Source: Takakia lepidozioides (lineage: Eukaryota; Plantae; Bryophyta). Taken from it: a DNA stretch of 64,000 nucleotides. Both the position numbers and the translations under genes were made by a program. The notes below the pieces were generated by a model. That model saw only the letters and a list, made by a program, of their open reading frames with translations. It ran no database searches and had not been told where the DNA came from. Positions 12,831 through 26,837 of this stretch are shown one piece after another; within the stretch, counting starts at the first letter, position 1; each line of letters opens with the position of its first letter. Location: contig CM060733.1 of the NCBI GenBank assembly GCA_030704615.1, positions 36,146,001 through 36,210,000 of the forward strand, read 5' to 3'.

Positions 12831-14000
12831 AATGAAATGGTACTTTATACCGTCCGCGGGAAGCTGAAAGAACTTATGGGACAAGAGGAAGAAAGAAACA
12901 AGAAAGAGAGGGGCCACAAACAGCCCAAAAACAACTAAAGCTCAGAGTCAATGCTTCATGCCGGTAAGCTGCAAAGCAATTCTGATCCTGGTAAAGGAGG
13001 ACCTCTGTGAGAGATTGGGCATCGCAGAGTAGACAGGTGTATCTCTCACGTAAAAGTGGTGCACAACCACCAGCCACCACAACCCTACAACTACAACTCA
13101 ACTCTGAAAGAAAGAATGAAAGAAATATGATACATACACACGAAGCCCATTGGGCACAGTAGAGAAATGACATGAAATGGTATTATACAACATCCACGGA
13201 AAGCTCAAAGAGAGTCTGGGACAGAAATGAAATGAAATGAAATGGTACTTTATAACGTCCGACAAAGAAACAAGCAAGAGAAATGAAATGAAAGAACGAA
13301 CAAAAGAAATTTATTACTTTGATGGAAGGGCACAAGGACCCAAGGGTCACAGTAGAACAATGCAGTAGAACCACAGTAAACCGAAAAATCCACAGAACAA
13401 CTAGACCCACACATAGACAGAGTGACTCATGCGGGTAAGCTGTTAAGAGAAAGAAGGGAAGAGAGAAACAAAATGAATTTATAAAGAAATCTATGGCATC
13501 CAGAGGAAGCTCAAAGAGCTTACAGGAGGAAAAAGGGCAGAAAGTAAGAAAGCAGGGTCCTCAAACAGAAAGGAAAATGAAATGAAATGGTACTTTATAA
13601 CGTCCGCCAAAAGCTCAAAGAGCTTATGGGACAAAAGGAAGCAAGAAAACAATAAAGAGAGAGGGGCCACAAGCAAGAAAAAAATCAAATGAAATGATAC
13701 TTCCTAACGTTCGCAAGAAGCTCAAAGAGCTTGCGGGACGAGGAAGAAAGGAACAAGAGAGAGGGGGGCCACAAACAGCCCAAAATCAACTAATAAAGCT
13801 CAAGGGATTGTCTAACAGCCTATGCTCCAGGCAGGTAAGCTGCCAAGTATTTCTGATCCTCAAAATCAAAGACAGAAAGAAACTTTATTGCACCTGCGGG
13901 AAGAACACTGGGCCCAAGGTGGAAAGCACTGGGTGTATCAGCTCACCTATCAAGAGGTGGAAAACTTTGGAGACATAGGACGGACAGGACTCACGATAAA
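12831..14000 (-). mobile_element. Cluster of about 6 non-LTR retroelement 3' ends with (CATTT)n tails (RTE/RTEX-like)
   Basis: Unit AAATGAAATGGTACTTTATAACGTCCG..AAGCTCAAAGAGCTT..GGGAC near 12831, 13165, 13225, 13490, 13576 and 13687. The first copy retains an ORF-end remnant RERYTCLL..SLTEVLLYQDQNCFAAYRHEAL. Confidence 0.6.
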
Positions 14001-14861
14001 ATTGGCTTTACAGCAGGTTTAGCAGTTTGTACACGTTTCAATCAACGCCAATGGACTGTAAACAGCTCAATTGATCTTACTCCAAACAGCTTCAACACAG
14101 GGAAGGGCTTTGCAAATCACAAGGAAGTAACTCAGGAGAGTTTTGCAAGGTCCACAATCCTGGACCACCCAATGAACGCAATATTAGTACAAGAAGGGGC
14201 TCAGCCCATGGTCTGATGTACTACTGACGGGTATAAATGACTGTCTTGAGGAATCCTTGCCAGAAAACAGAGACATATGTTTAGGTACCTCCCAATCTCT
14301 TTATCCTGAGTGCCTGGATTGCATTTACGGTTCATTTTGAGCATGAGGATATTGAGGCGCTGCTTTAACCTGCTAAAACATCAATTACATAAGGGCTGCC
14401 GTTGATAGGAGCATCATCCAGGGTGATCTGCAGGCTGTATGGCACTGGACTTGAGACTGTGAACCATATAATGTAGCTTCCGTTTAGTAAGTCGGTTTGT
14501 TTCGAATGGCATCCTCGGTAACAGGTGGAGGAACAACTTCTACCCTGTTCCAGGATTAAGAAAGCAGAAATGTTTGACCTTCCAGAAAAAAAGAAATCAC
14601 AGTTCCTAGTGGTTTGCTCCTACTAAATGCTGAATTCCCCACTGAGCAGCAATCATTATTTTATTTTGGACTGCTACTGGGTCTATGCTCAGTTCGGTCC
14701 GCAGACGCATCTGCGTCTCTGTCACGATGGAGGTAGTCTATTTCTTATTCTGAATTGTTGAAATTCTTTCCGCGGCAGCTTCCAAACAGGCGAACTGGAA
14801 GTTTTGTAAAGCTCAGTGCGGGGAGAGGAAGGGCAAGGAAGGGCAAGTGGAAGCTGGTGGA

Positions 14862-17800
14862 ATGAAGTTCAAGGCCTTTATCACTGACTATGGTGTCTCT
14901 CTCCTGGAGCGCCGTATGATTTCTTTGTTTCCGTGCTTCATGTCTCTTTGCTTGCCTATTTTGACTTCTTTGTTTCTGTGCTTCATATCTCTTTGCTTGC
15001 CTATTTTGACTGTAATGACCTGCCCCAAACAGCGTAATAGCAGGAAGATTTGAGAAAGCGAAGAGATTCAGTTTGTGGAATTGGACCTGCAGAGATGTCC
15101 CCATGAGTACAGAGTGCATTTTTGCTTACAGACTGCACCTTCTGTTCGAAAGCCTTTAGAAGGGGTTTGAAAGATTCTGATATGAAATTCCAGCTCTTCT
15201 GTTTGGGAGACATGGTAGAGTTTGTTGGAAGATCGACAACTCAGCCATGTTGATTAACTACGACGATAGAGAAGTATATATCCGGATATGTAGCACCACA
15301 CATTCTACAAGAATTACCTGTTGCTGAACTGGTTTAGACAAGACAGGTCAGGAGAAGCTTAGGGTTGATCATTTATGCCAATTTGAACACTATGAACACT
15401 GTACCTCCCTCCTCCATTTGGCAGGCTAAGTTGCAGATCTGTTGCAATCTTTTGTCAGGATTCTTGCCAGCCTTTGAGAAGATTGGTAAGACATGTCATG
15501 TCTATCTGACGAAAGCTCATTTCATCCTTTTACACAATGTTCTCAATTCTGATGGGGTGCAGGCTATTGCCCAATTTTCCAAGGTATTATGGTCATGTTC
15601 TCCGTCACAACTAGTCTGTCTCTTTGTACTCATGTTAGATAGTCCTTTTGGCATTTTCTGTCTTTTGTGTTCATATTTTACTGTTTTTAATGGCTCCAGT
15701 TTTGACACTATGAAGGCAGTATACTTCTGCAGCTGTTATATATATTCTGCACTTATGGCTCGATCGATTGTATTTCGGAGACTGGGAGAGTATTGTTAGC
15801 AAAAGGGGACCTGAAGGAAGAAGGGTAAATGCAGGAGCTTATTTTTGAAAATTATCTGGTCTCAAGCCAGAATAATGACTGCATTGCCTTCACGGTGGAT
15901 TTAGCCTTGCTGTCAAGAGCACTGAAAAGCAGTTTAAGTATGGACGGTGAGAGACTACAAGTGAAACTCGTGAAAAAGCGCCCCAGCCTTGCTGATCGGT
16001 CCATGCCGTATTTGACTTTTGAGAGTAAGGTATGTCAGACTACTGCCAATCTTTTGTAACTATGAAACAAACAGACAAGTTCCAAGGCTTAATTTTTGCT
16101 TACCTCTCACTTCCGTGACAATCCGTTGAGCATTCAGGTGCTATTACTCGTTTTGCAATCACTGAGGGACATCAGTTTTCTTATTATCCCTGTGGAATTT
16201 CCGATGGTGTAGATTTGCAAGTTGTGAGTCTCAAAATGATTGGCATAGGTGCTGGTGGGCCGTTAGGAACTTAAAAATTCTGCACTCGGATTTGATTTCT
16301 TCATTCAAAATGTGAAACATTAAACTGTGTTTGATGGAACATCCTACTCCTCAGCTTTATTTCATCAACATTGGGCTGGTGGGGTCTGTGATTGGCAGGG
16401 CCCCAGATCTGCAGTCATTCAGGATGTGCCCATCTCCCAGCCTTTGAACCGTGTGGAAGCCCACGAACTGCAGTCTAGTCTTGACATGGCCCAAGAATTA
16501 CCTCGGGTAGGGACTTTACTACCTGAGTTGTGTCCTGTATTAATCTGGACCTCGACTCCGTCAGTCACTTTAAGGTGGATGCAAAGTAACTAGTTCCATG
16601 TGATTTAAATTTCCCTGTTCAAGATACTCTTCAGTAGAATCAAATAGGCTCTTCATTGGCAATGTTGTGCAAATAAATCTTGAATGCAGTATGTTTTACA
16701 TGACATGGGCATATCGGTTTGCCTTACGCCCTTCTTGTACCTATGAAGAGAGATCTGATTCCAGATTTTGTCTCTGGCTTCATTGTCAGTAGTTTGTCCT
16801 TGCAGTCAGATGGTTGCAGTGATTTTGTCTGTTCTAGTTGTATTTCTGTCATTTCTTCACTGAATGTCTTTATGGTAGCCTCGGCTTTGTCTGAGGTATA
16901 ATGGAAATGGAAATGGTGCTTTATAACGTCCACAATTAAAGGTGATGCCCTGATGTTTGATTGTCATGGTCGAGTGTGGATGACTATGGGGAAATTTGAG
17001 ATGAGTCATCTTCTAGTGTTTTATGCTTCAAATGGCTTCTATGTGGTTTGTGATAGACACTGGTGCAAGTTCCAGACCTACAGTTGCTGCAAGGCTTAGT
17101 TGACCGACTGACAAAGGTGGGCGAGGTTCTTGAAGTGGGAGTCACACAGTATGGTGACCTTCACCTCCAGGTCTCCACCCCAATGGTGTCCATTGGCTCT
17201 GAATATAGGAAGTTGCGAGTGATTGGAGCACGAGGTATGTCTTATGTATCTATTAAAGAAAAGGAAAATAGTGCGACCACCAGCAGGTGGTGGTCGCACC
17301 TATTTTTTTTAAACAAAATTGATGTTCCTCTTCAGCTCTCAAGGTTGCCAACAGTTCCTCCATTTTATCGCATCAAAATCTTTTTGTAGTATTCTTAGAT
17401 GATGTTGTGTTGTTCACCTTTTTGTCTGGGTGTGGATTGACAAAAATATATTCTTCCATGTGTTGCCCATATTTCCCTGGGAAGTAGGTTGAGATCTCGA
17501 AGATCTTCCCTTACAATAGAATAGGCAGGCAAGATATTAGAAGTCGGAACTCCATCAACTGCTATTCAGTCTGAATCATTTCTCTTCTTGAAAGATGAGA
17601 AGGTACACTGGATCTTAGAAATAATATTCAGCCGCCCTGCCTTGCATAGTGTCCTCACATCCCCACAGGTGACAGAATATTGACTGCCTCTGTTGGTCCT
17701 CTTCCAAAAGCAGTGGTGATGGTGGAGGTGCCACCCCTGCTGTCTGTCCGGTATCTAACAAACAGCTGTGCCTAATTCAACCCTGCCATCCTGCATGATT

Positions 17801-18841
17801 CAGAACTTTCAATTACAGACCTTAGCACTAAAACTCACGTAACATACCTCCTAGACACCTGAAAAAGCCTGCTCGATCAGATCCTATTAATTAGGGTTTC
17901 AATGCCTATGTTGAGTGCAGCGGATCCTTCCTCGACAGATGTGGCGATAAGTGCAGCTAGACGGCTTCAGCAAGCTCTACAAAAGAGGGAAGCTTCTGCA
18001 GTGGTACACGATGTTTTCTCAAACCTCAGGAACTTCCTATTTCCATCCTTTTCTTTCTTTGAGAAGGACAAGATATGCTCCTTGGCCCAAGAGAGCTTGG
18101 GTCTCATAGGGGTGAACCAGCGGGGATAGGCTTCAGTGCACTGACCTGGCATCCAGTGCCAACAAATCATGGCTTTCACCACAACGCTTCTCATTTTGGT
18201 GTAAATAGTTCTGTTGGTTGAAGTACCATGACCTTGAATGATCTACGTGGTGCCTGGAGAAGGGCAGAGGTGCTGTGTGTGTCAAGGCCATGAGTATTAG
18301 GAACTCAGAAGAAGCTTCACTATATACAAATCTAACTCTCAAGTGATGAATGGAGTGCAGATTGTCAATATGAAACATTTTGCCAAGAGCCTGCAGTGCC
18401 ACCTCACTAGGCCCGATGCGTCTTTCTGTGGTAAGTTTTTGGGACACAGTACCTTATTCCATGTAATTTGCTTGGCACAAGTCACTCCTACTGTTTTGAC
18501 TGGCGTGGCCATGCTATTTGAGGGATGGGTTCAGTCAGACAATGGTGTTCTTGCTGTTAGGAGATGCTGCCCATAAACCTCCCGAGTCACTTCAACTTTT
18601 GCCTGTCATTTATTTTGAAGGAAGTATTTTGGAAGAAAATGCTCCAGAAACCCTCTCATTCTGGTCACAGCTTATGTTTACATAATTGAACGATTTGCTG
18701 CTCTGGAACTTGGCAGGGATTGCACCAAATGATTCAAGTCTCTTGATGATGTTTCAATACTTCATCCCTGGGACTCGTGAGACTGACAGTAGCATCAGTC
18801 TGCATTATCGCCTGCCTGTCCTAGACCAGGGCAGACCCTAG
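14862..18841 (+). CDS. HUS1: Checkpoint clamp (9-1-1) subunit HUS1
   Basis: 8 exons (14862-14913, 15459-15583, 15835-16029, 16399-16506, 17057-17234, ~17921-18003, ~18361-18429, ~18717-18841). MKFKAFITDYGVSLLERRFLPAFEKIGK, SSQNNDCIAFTVD, SAVIQDVPISQPL, KHFAKSLQCHL, LHYRLPVLD. Confidence 0.93.
14922..15011. repeat. Tandem duplication, 2 x ~45 bp, in HUS1 intron 1
   Basis: TCTTTGTTTC(C/T)GTGCTTCAT(G/A)TCTCTTTGCTTGCCTATTTTGACT occurs twice. Confidence 0.85.
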
Positions 18842-19237
18842 TCCAAAACTTCTTATGCAACAAATTAATTTTCTTGCTCTGTTATATCAGTGATGCTAGA
18901 TGTGGACTAACTCTAGTGGCAACCGTTGTTCCTGCACAAATTTTGAGGGTTTGGATACCATCTCATGTCTGATCTTGTAGAGGCTTCTAACTGTACGGCA
19001 TCCAGAAACAAGCTTACTCAAGTCATGGTCTAGTTCTGCTGGATCATACTTAAGCTATTAGTTGGAGGGATGTGGTGGCATATGACTTGCTTGACTCAGC
19101 AAACATCAAGGTCATGACATAATGCGGCAAATGTGCAACAACAGTAACTGGAGCTGCTGAAATTTGGTGAAATTTGGTCACTTGATGTGCAACTACCAAT
19201 AGTTGTGAGCAACTGGTTGTGGGTGGCCCTTCGTCTA

Positions 19238-19475
19238 TGGCTCACAGGCCGTCTTCTTTCTCTTCACCTTCTGTCGAGATCCTTGTATGTGTTCATTCTT
19301 TGATGTATTTGTTCCCATCGGCCTATCACTTGGCTCACGGTCCACCTGCGTTCTCATCATCTTCTGACGAGATCCATCATATGTATTCATTCTATTTGTT
19401 CCCATCGTGTCTCTCACTTGACTCACAGTCCATCGTCGTCCTCATCATCTTCTGTCGAGATCCATTATGTACATG
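19238..19475. repeat. Degenerate tandem repeat, about 90 bp x 2.5
   Basis: Recurring CTCAC..CTCATCATCTTCTG(T/A)CGAGATCC..TATTTGTTCCCATCG. Confidence 0.7.
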
Positions 19476-21486
19476 CATCGTTATATTTGCAAAAAACCTT
19501 CCATGCTCCCGACAACACCACATCTGACATCAGGATGTTGTCAAAACACGAAGTCTTTTCAAGCCATGCTGTGAGACCCTGCTCTTCTAGAACATTTGTC
19601 AGGCAAACTTTCGACCTTGCTCTTCTAGGACATTCGTCAGGCATACTTTCTTGTATATGTACAATTGTAGCTCATCTCTTAGTGTGGATGTTGTCAAGCG
19701 GAAGTGGATCAACCGTCAAGAAGAGTGGACTGTGCATTGAGCGATTGAAGAAGCCTATTACTTGCTTTTCAAAGTTCAGCCATAGTAAACTGGTGGATAG
19801 TTAGGGAATGTAGTCTGTAAATATGAGGAACTGTCAAATGGTTTCCTGGAAATAGAATGTTCTCCAAGGTTTTAATTTTTTAATTTGCTTTACAGAAAAA
19901 ACAGGGAATGAAAGAAACTTTATATGGAAATATTAGGGGCAGATCACACGCGTGTATTAAAAAATATTAACATCTGCAAAAAATACATTGCACGCTTTAA
20001 TTTTTGCAATGGGGCTCAGATGCAAATATTTGTCTTTCATAATATTACATGATAAATTCGGTCAAAAGTCCACTAAGTAATCTCTCAAAGAAACAGTGCA
20101 TGCCCTCCGCAGGGAAAAGTTTGAGACATTGTGCACATAGAAAAAGCACAGAATACAAAGTTTCCCCATTGACTAAGCCTGATGCCTTGCTTCAAAACAC
20201 TGTTGTACACAAAAAGCCAGTATACAATCAACTGATTCACCAAAAACATTAAACAAGGATATCCATCGGGGTAAACTCCAGAAGATTACCAATACATTTC
20301 TCCCCAAGAAGATTACCAATAATATGGTTGAAGTGTTCACATAAATCACAACATGGAACACCTGATTTCTTTTAATAAATCATATTTGAGGCCACCCCGG
20401 CTGCACCCCGGCTGCTACATGCCTCTTGTCTTACAAGAGATCAATGATTCTCCTTCGGCCCCACTCCATGAGAATGTTGGCTTGCCATGGCCATTGACCC
20501 CGCCAGGAAGCTAACCCTCCGGATATAAAGAATGTACTCATAAGACTTTGTTTGCCGTCACCCGCTTGACAAGCCCAGTGATGTTTGTGCCCTGCTTGTG
20601 CATCCAAGGGAGGTCCTCACATCTACTTGTCAATAAAGCCACATCCATTGGCCCTGCGGGCTGTGCATAGCCATACCCAGTCTTTCATTTGGTTTGGTTA
20701 TGCTCCTTCTCAACCTTCTAGTCAAAATCTGCAAACAACCCCCCCCCCCCGACAATTCAGGATTGTTCATCATGTCTACTGTCTCTGGCAATCTGTCCAC
20801 AACTCCTCTGCAATGAGGTTTTCCATGAGTCGACTGCTGCTGTCACTGATGATTTGTGACCTGCAGGGAGGCTAATGGTAATATACTCAATTGCATCCTG
20901 TGGTTTCTTCTTGCTTACAGACAGGAATGATGATAAACCTTTGATGGAACGATTATAGAGAGCTCCTTGCTAATCAGCATTTCCTCCCTCACAAATGGAC
21001 CGGGAAGATTGCTGTGGGAGTTGCGTAAGACACAGATTGGCATTTTGATGGACGAGCGTAGCAACTCAATCTGCAACGACAGGAACTGTGTTTCAACACT
21101 GAAGATTGATATTACCGTGGGCCCCTCGAAACCACCGTCGAACATTTTGTGGGTGAAGAGATACGAGGGAAGAATTGTGACAAGTGTTTGACCTATGTAT
21201 GAGCAAGTGGGTCCGTGACACTTGTGCAGTCCACTGACACAAGACCGTGGGATATCCGCACTTGCCAGATACGCCAGGGCCGCAAGAGTGAAGCTCAGAC
21301 GCAGAGCAACTGTTCCGGGGACAGTCCCGTCCGAAGCACTGTGACAGTAGCATCATCTGTCATCGAAGCCGGTAGCATCAGGAAGCATCAGGAAGCATTG
21401 TGGGGTGCCTGCTCTTAGCGTTCATCTGTCTGCTATTGGAAGTGCGTTATCAGTCAGTGTGCTACTGGCGGAACCTTCGAGAAAAT

Positions 21487-24400
21487 ATGCCTGGAACGCT
21501 TTCGTTTGTCCTCCAACATTCACGACCTCCGCGCTACGATTCCCCATCTGTTGCCCCCTCCTCCTCCTGTTCTTCTTTTAATCCACCCCACCCTGCACGT
21601 GTGTGCATGAAATCTGCATGCGCGACATTTTTGTCTGTCTCTGTGCCCCATGGGTCCCCTCTACATTCGGAGGTGGTCCTCTCTTCCAGTTGGGTAGCTT
21701 CTCTCTCAACCCTACAAACTCCCTTGATCCGTGATAGTTGTAAGCGCCATTTGAGAAGGAATGTTCCAGCAATCCAGGGTTGCTCCTCTAGTGTAGCGAT
21801 GATGGGGTCTGGGGGATCCATTGTTTCCTCAAGTATGTCCCGTGCGCTACCATTGTTTGTGTCGTGGGGAGGATTGTCAAGGAAACACGGGAGCAATGTA
21901 ACTTTTTTGCATCGAAACAGACAACGAGTGTCGGATGTGAGAGTATCATCACTAGAAGATAGCCAACGAGAAGTGCTGCAACAAGTCGAGGGACAACCAC
22001 AGCGGGTAGATATAGAAAAAATGCAACCTCTAAGATGTGGAGATGAGAGAGAAGGTGATGGGGTTGAGATTGGGACGGACGAGAGGGAGGGGGGATCCAC
22101 CCACGACCAAGGGAAACTGATAAATGACAAAGTTTGGGAGATGAGCACAGCAAGGGACATAGTGGAGGACGGTGACACTAGTGGAGAGAAGCTGGAGGAG
22201 AACGACATGTCTGGTGCTATACAAGGCACGGTAGTGGCCACACTATTGCTACTTGTTGGTGTGGCTGCGATTGGTGCAACTGGGTTTTTCTACAAGGAGC
22301 AAGTCAATGACATTCTCACCCAGTTCTCCAATTTTATTGAAGGTCTCTATCTCTTTCACACACACACACACACACAACCACACATGGATCACATATGTAC
22401 ATGTGATTCCTGCCTTGAGGGTATTCGTATTGAAGAAGACATATGTTCCCAAGGAGATTAAGTAAGCTTAGGGGCGAAGTGGGTTCTCCTGTACCACAGA
22501 GAGATTCAAGGTGCCAAATGACAGTCTTCTGCTTGTATTGTGTTAATTTTGTTCCAAAGTCTCATTGCTTCTTTGGCAAGGTTTGGTTACAACCTGTGTG
22601 TGGGATGGACAAGGTTTATGTTACCCGTGAGATAGAATGGAACCTTGTTTGCAGGGCAATTTGCTGTCAGGTACAAGAAAGTGCGATGCTATAAGGGCTG
22701 GAGGTCCATGTGATACGAGCTACTGAGCCTGGGGTGGGCATTGGAATGAGGGTTGCAGGCTACGGGCCTGCAGGTTACGGGCTTTTTGTGCTTGGCTATA
22801 CAGCTCTGGAGGCATGTATAATTCCCTCTCTTCTTCCTCTGATTCTTGACTATGTTTATACCTATCTGGTTCTCCTTACTCCCTTTGCCAAGTTTGGGAT
22901 ATGAGAGCATGTTTTTGAAAACCTAGAGAGATTCCTTAAGCCCTTGAAAGCTACCCTCAATTTCAATTCTGACATATTTGTATCACTTTGGTAATGGCAA
23001 GCACTGGAGGGGAAGCAGTGTCAACAGTCAGAACACAGTCCTTCACAGACACTGCACCAGTCGAATCTGACACCTCATGTCTATACAAGAACACCAAGAT
23101 GCTATGATAGTGAATGTACATTTGTGAACTTAGGCTATGACACAGCCTTTATGGCACGGTCCTCGGTGTATCAAACCTCCCAGAAGTGGTTGTGGGGATC
23201 AACCACGAATTTTTTACCGCCAGTCATATGTATAGAAACGGCAGAGATTCACTCTTATGTGTTTTGGCCATGGACATGGCCCAGTCTGAAAAGGAAAGAC
23301 AGGTGAGTGGCATGGGGGAGAGCAGCACCGTAGGGCTACAATCTTGGAAGCCACTACCTTCACCCCAAAGTTCGACCCAGGAAGGGAGATGGCTTTGGCC
23401 TTTGCCATGTGCTTTCTGAAACTGTGTGAAAAATGTGGAGCAACAGTCTGTTGAATGCTTTCAAAGACTTCACTGGGCAGCGATTCCATTACAGTGCATT
23501 ACAAATTTTCCCTGGCCTCACACTGATGACCCCAGGTGCGAGATGTGGTTTGCTATTCCCTCCATCGGTGGACAATTTTGTGTAGGAGAAGGTTACTATT
23601 GAAACATTCCACATCCTCTTAAGGTTAGAGGAGCTGCAAACAGAGTCTTCGGGGGCGGGGGGGGAAGCTTCCTGCCCCTGAAAGGAGGCAACTTTTGGGA
23701 TTTCCTGAGTATGGCCATGACATATTCAAGCATTCGCAGCTTTCATCCTGCCTCTTCCGCCACATTTAGCTGCCTGTTGGACAGTTCAACCGAGACAGGT
23801 TCAGCAATCTTTAGATACTTCATCTCGTCCATTTGAGTCAATTGGGATACTACCACCTCATGTCTCTTCTAGATTGAAATGTGGGCACTCCTAATTCCAA
23901 TCTCATCCTAACACAGAAAGGCTGCTGTGGTTGTTTTATAGACATCTAGCTGTGTGATTAGGGTATGGACAAGAAACACGATGGACACCCTTGGTGCCGG
24001 ACGAAAACTTCCAACATACACTATCCTCATGGGTTGAAGTTTAGGAGATCAGTTTGCGTTGGGCATCTGCGATGTACAAATGCAGATTGCAATGGCCTGA
24101 GGTTGAGTGGTTCCGCAAACGAAACAGAGTGGGAGGGCTATGCGGAAAATCCATTTGGAGTGGGCTGTGCCCCTCCCAGTAGCCCTTCATTCATCTGCAG
24201 GTTCTGCAAATTGGTCCCAACATGCATTGCCACATGTACTACGTGCTTCATCGTTGCCACACCCTTACTCGGGCTTGTATACATCTCGGAAATCACGATC
24301 ACCCCGTGTGCAAAGGAGATTGCAGGGAAAGTATAGATACGATTCGGGGACTCCTGCAGCAGGAAGTTCAGAATGCTCCGAATGCTTCGCCTTCAGCCAT

Positions 24401-25805
24401 TTTCCCTCCATAGCGTCTTGTGTCCATGTCTGATTCCTTTTGTGTGGTTTGTGTTTGGGGGGCAAACAGGTGCTGGCACTACCAGCGATCCCATTGACTA
24501 TGTCAGCAGGCTTGCTCTTCGGTACATTCTATGGTACAATCCTGGTCTCCATATCAGGCACGGTATGCCATGTACCTTCACTTCTTATATGTGCCTCTCT
24601 TCTTCTCAGAATGTAGCAAGCTCAATATGTAAGATTGCATAATGAAGAATTAATTGGATGACTGGCATTGTGGATGATATTACAGCTAGCAGCCACAGTG
24701 GCCTTCTTGATAGCACGATATCTGGCACGGGATCAAGTGTTAAAACTGGCACAAGGTGACAAAAAGTTTCTGGCAATCGACAAAGCCATTGGCGAGGATG
24801 GGTTCCGGATTGTGACACTATTGCGGCTGTCTCCCTTGCTGCCATTCGCACTTGGAAACTATTTATATGGCCTCACCTCTGTTAGGCTACTTCCTTACGT
24901 GCTTGGCAGGTAAAAAGTGTATTGAGGCTTGTCTTGTTTTACGTATCTTTTGGGCAGGTAATTTGCAACACTGAAGCAGTTAGAAGAGCTGAGAAAGCAT
25001 AAAAACCAGGGAATTCAGGGGTAGAGTAGTAGATGAGGGAGGTCAGCTTGGGAAGTACTGGTTGTGATCCTTCTCAATTTATTTTGTTGAACTGGGTGGT
25101 TCCCTTATGTAGGCAATTCTTTGAAACGAATTACCACAAAAAGCCTCTTTGTCTCTTTCTGTCTCTCCCTCTCTCGTCCCCCCAAAGCACTGATGCAAAT
25201 GTGGATGGCAACAATGTGCAGCTGGTTGGGGATGCTACCAGGAACATGGGCATATGTAAGCGCAGGTGCCTTCGGAAGAGCCTTCATTGTGGGTGGCTTC
25301 TTTTGCTGGAATAACCCCTGAAGTATTCACATAAGATATATTTTTTCCTCGCTTTTCTGTTTAGAATGAATGATGTTTTATTTTATTTTGGGAGGGAAGA
25401 AGATCTTAACAGTTCTAATTCCTGTGCTTCTCATATTTTGCAGGCGCAGGAGTCCGAATCAGCTTTCTCTGGAGGTCCTGAGCAGCTCTGGATGGTGGGA
25501 TTAGGAGTAGTGGCAACCATAGTTGCAACATCGTATGTGACTCGTATAGCCAAGGTTAGGTGGCCCTCTCCTCCTTGTTTGGCTTTCCCTTTCAGTGGAG
25601 AGTTGTTTTCTAAGAGGTGCTAAGAACAACCTCATGCCTCCTTTCACGTGAACTTGAGGCATCAAATTTTGACATTGCTGGAACTCGCAGGAGGACAAAG
25701 ATCAATTTGTGTGCAATATTAGCTTTTCTGTTGTGTTGTGTTTTGTTGGTTGTCTCAAAAAATCTATGTTGAATACTGCAGGATGCAATCAAGGAACTGG
25801 AATAA
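21487..25805 (+). CDS. TVP38/TMEM64 (SNARE-associated/DedA) family membrane protein, probably plastid-targeted
   Basis: Exons 21487-22342, 22759-22811 (GC donor), 24470-24562, 24686-24909, 25222-25288, 25444-25554, 25782-25805. Motifs GYGPAGY, PAIPLTMSAGLLFG, GFRIVTLLRLSPLLPFALGNYLYGLT, WLGMLPGTWAYV. Ser-rich N-terminus. Confidence 0.9.
23962..24410 (+). mobile_element. Intronic transposon relic encoding a GCM/WRKY-like zinc-binding domain
   Basis: DGHPWCRTKTSN..FRRSVCVGHLRCTNADC..CRFCKLVPTCIATC, then a frameshift, then YYV..TRACIHLGNHDHPV. Lies inside TVP38 intron 2. Confidence 0.6.
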
Positions 25806-26837
25806 AGGGCAGCTTGCTTGCCTGTTTTCTCCTTGCAGTCCAGATGCCTTTGAAATGACGTGAACTTACGTGTCATTGAGTGGGGGCCAAGATTGGCTTG
25901 AAACTCGTGTATGTAAAACCATGGAAAGTTGGTGTATTGACCCCACTTGGTTGGAGTTGTACAAGAAAAGGGCCCATTCAATACCCAAGAGTTTTACTGT
26001 GAGAATGAGTGTTTATTCTTCAACTATAATCTCCACTTTTTCAATTCAGTGTACTGACAGCTAGAAACTGTGCCATGGCTGCAACAACCTAGGAACTGGC
26101 TCATGCATTGACCCAGATTGTCTGAGAGTCCAGGCAAACTTGCACACATGTTGTGCACAGGATAAATGCTCCACTTAAGTACTCATATTAAGAGTATTTG
26201 GATTCATCTTCCACTTCAATTCACCCACTGCAACAAGATATGGAAGGAAAATTATAACATAATCCCATCTCCTGATTACTTGGATTGTGAATGGAGACCT
26301 CAACACATCAAGGATCAAAGGTGCCATATGTGAGTGAGACTGATGGGCAAGAGACACATAGGCCCTGGTGTTCAGATTTGTCCATTGATGCTTCTCGTCT
26401 CTACAAACGTTGGAACTCGAGCCTAGTATCCTCCCCAATACTGCAAGAGAACCAAGAGAGATATTTCATCTTGCCCACTGTTCGGAATTTTGACAGCACA
26501 TGTGGAGACTGATTCGGAAACTACCTTTGACTCGAAGTTTTGGAGCAATCAATGGTTTAGACTTTAGACTTTAGACGTTGAGACTGGTGAGATGTTTCAC
26601 ACTTAATTTCTTCTCATGTCTCCTTGGAAGGTTGGGAATTTACAAGCCAGCTGAGAAGATGTAATAGCCTTCCAAAGCTATTTCATCTCTCATCTGCACA
26701 TGACCACTTGTTCAGGAATCCAGAAGTCCTTAGGGTGCACGGGAGGGTTGGAAAAGACCAGCTCATACTGGGTAGGCTGAACCACAGATATTGATTGCCC
26801 CATGGTACTCCAATTGCTCATTGTTAGGCAAAATCGA

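Noticed and set aside
19500-21300. Possible decayed CACTA transposase on the minus strand
   Set aside because: Only vague resemblance; no motif or terminal repeat that I could support.
21534-22241. Long antisense ORF here, and similar short antisense ORFs over the PPR, HAK and SET genes
   Set aside because: Shadow frames of real coding exons, with no independent support.
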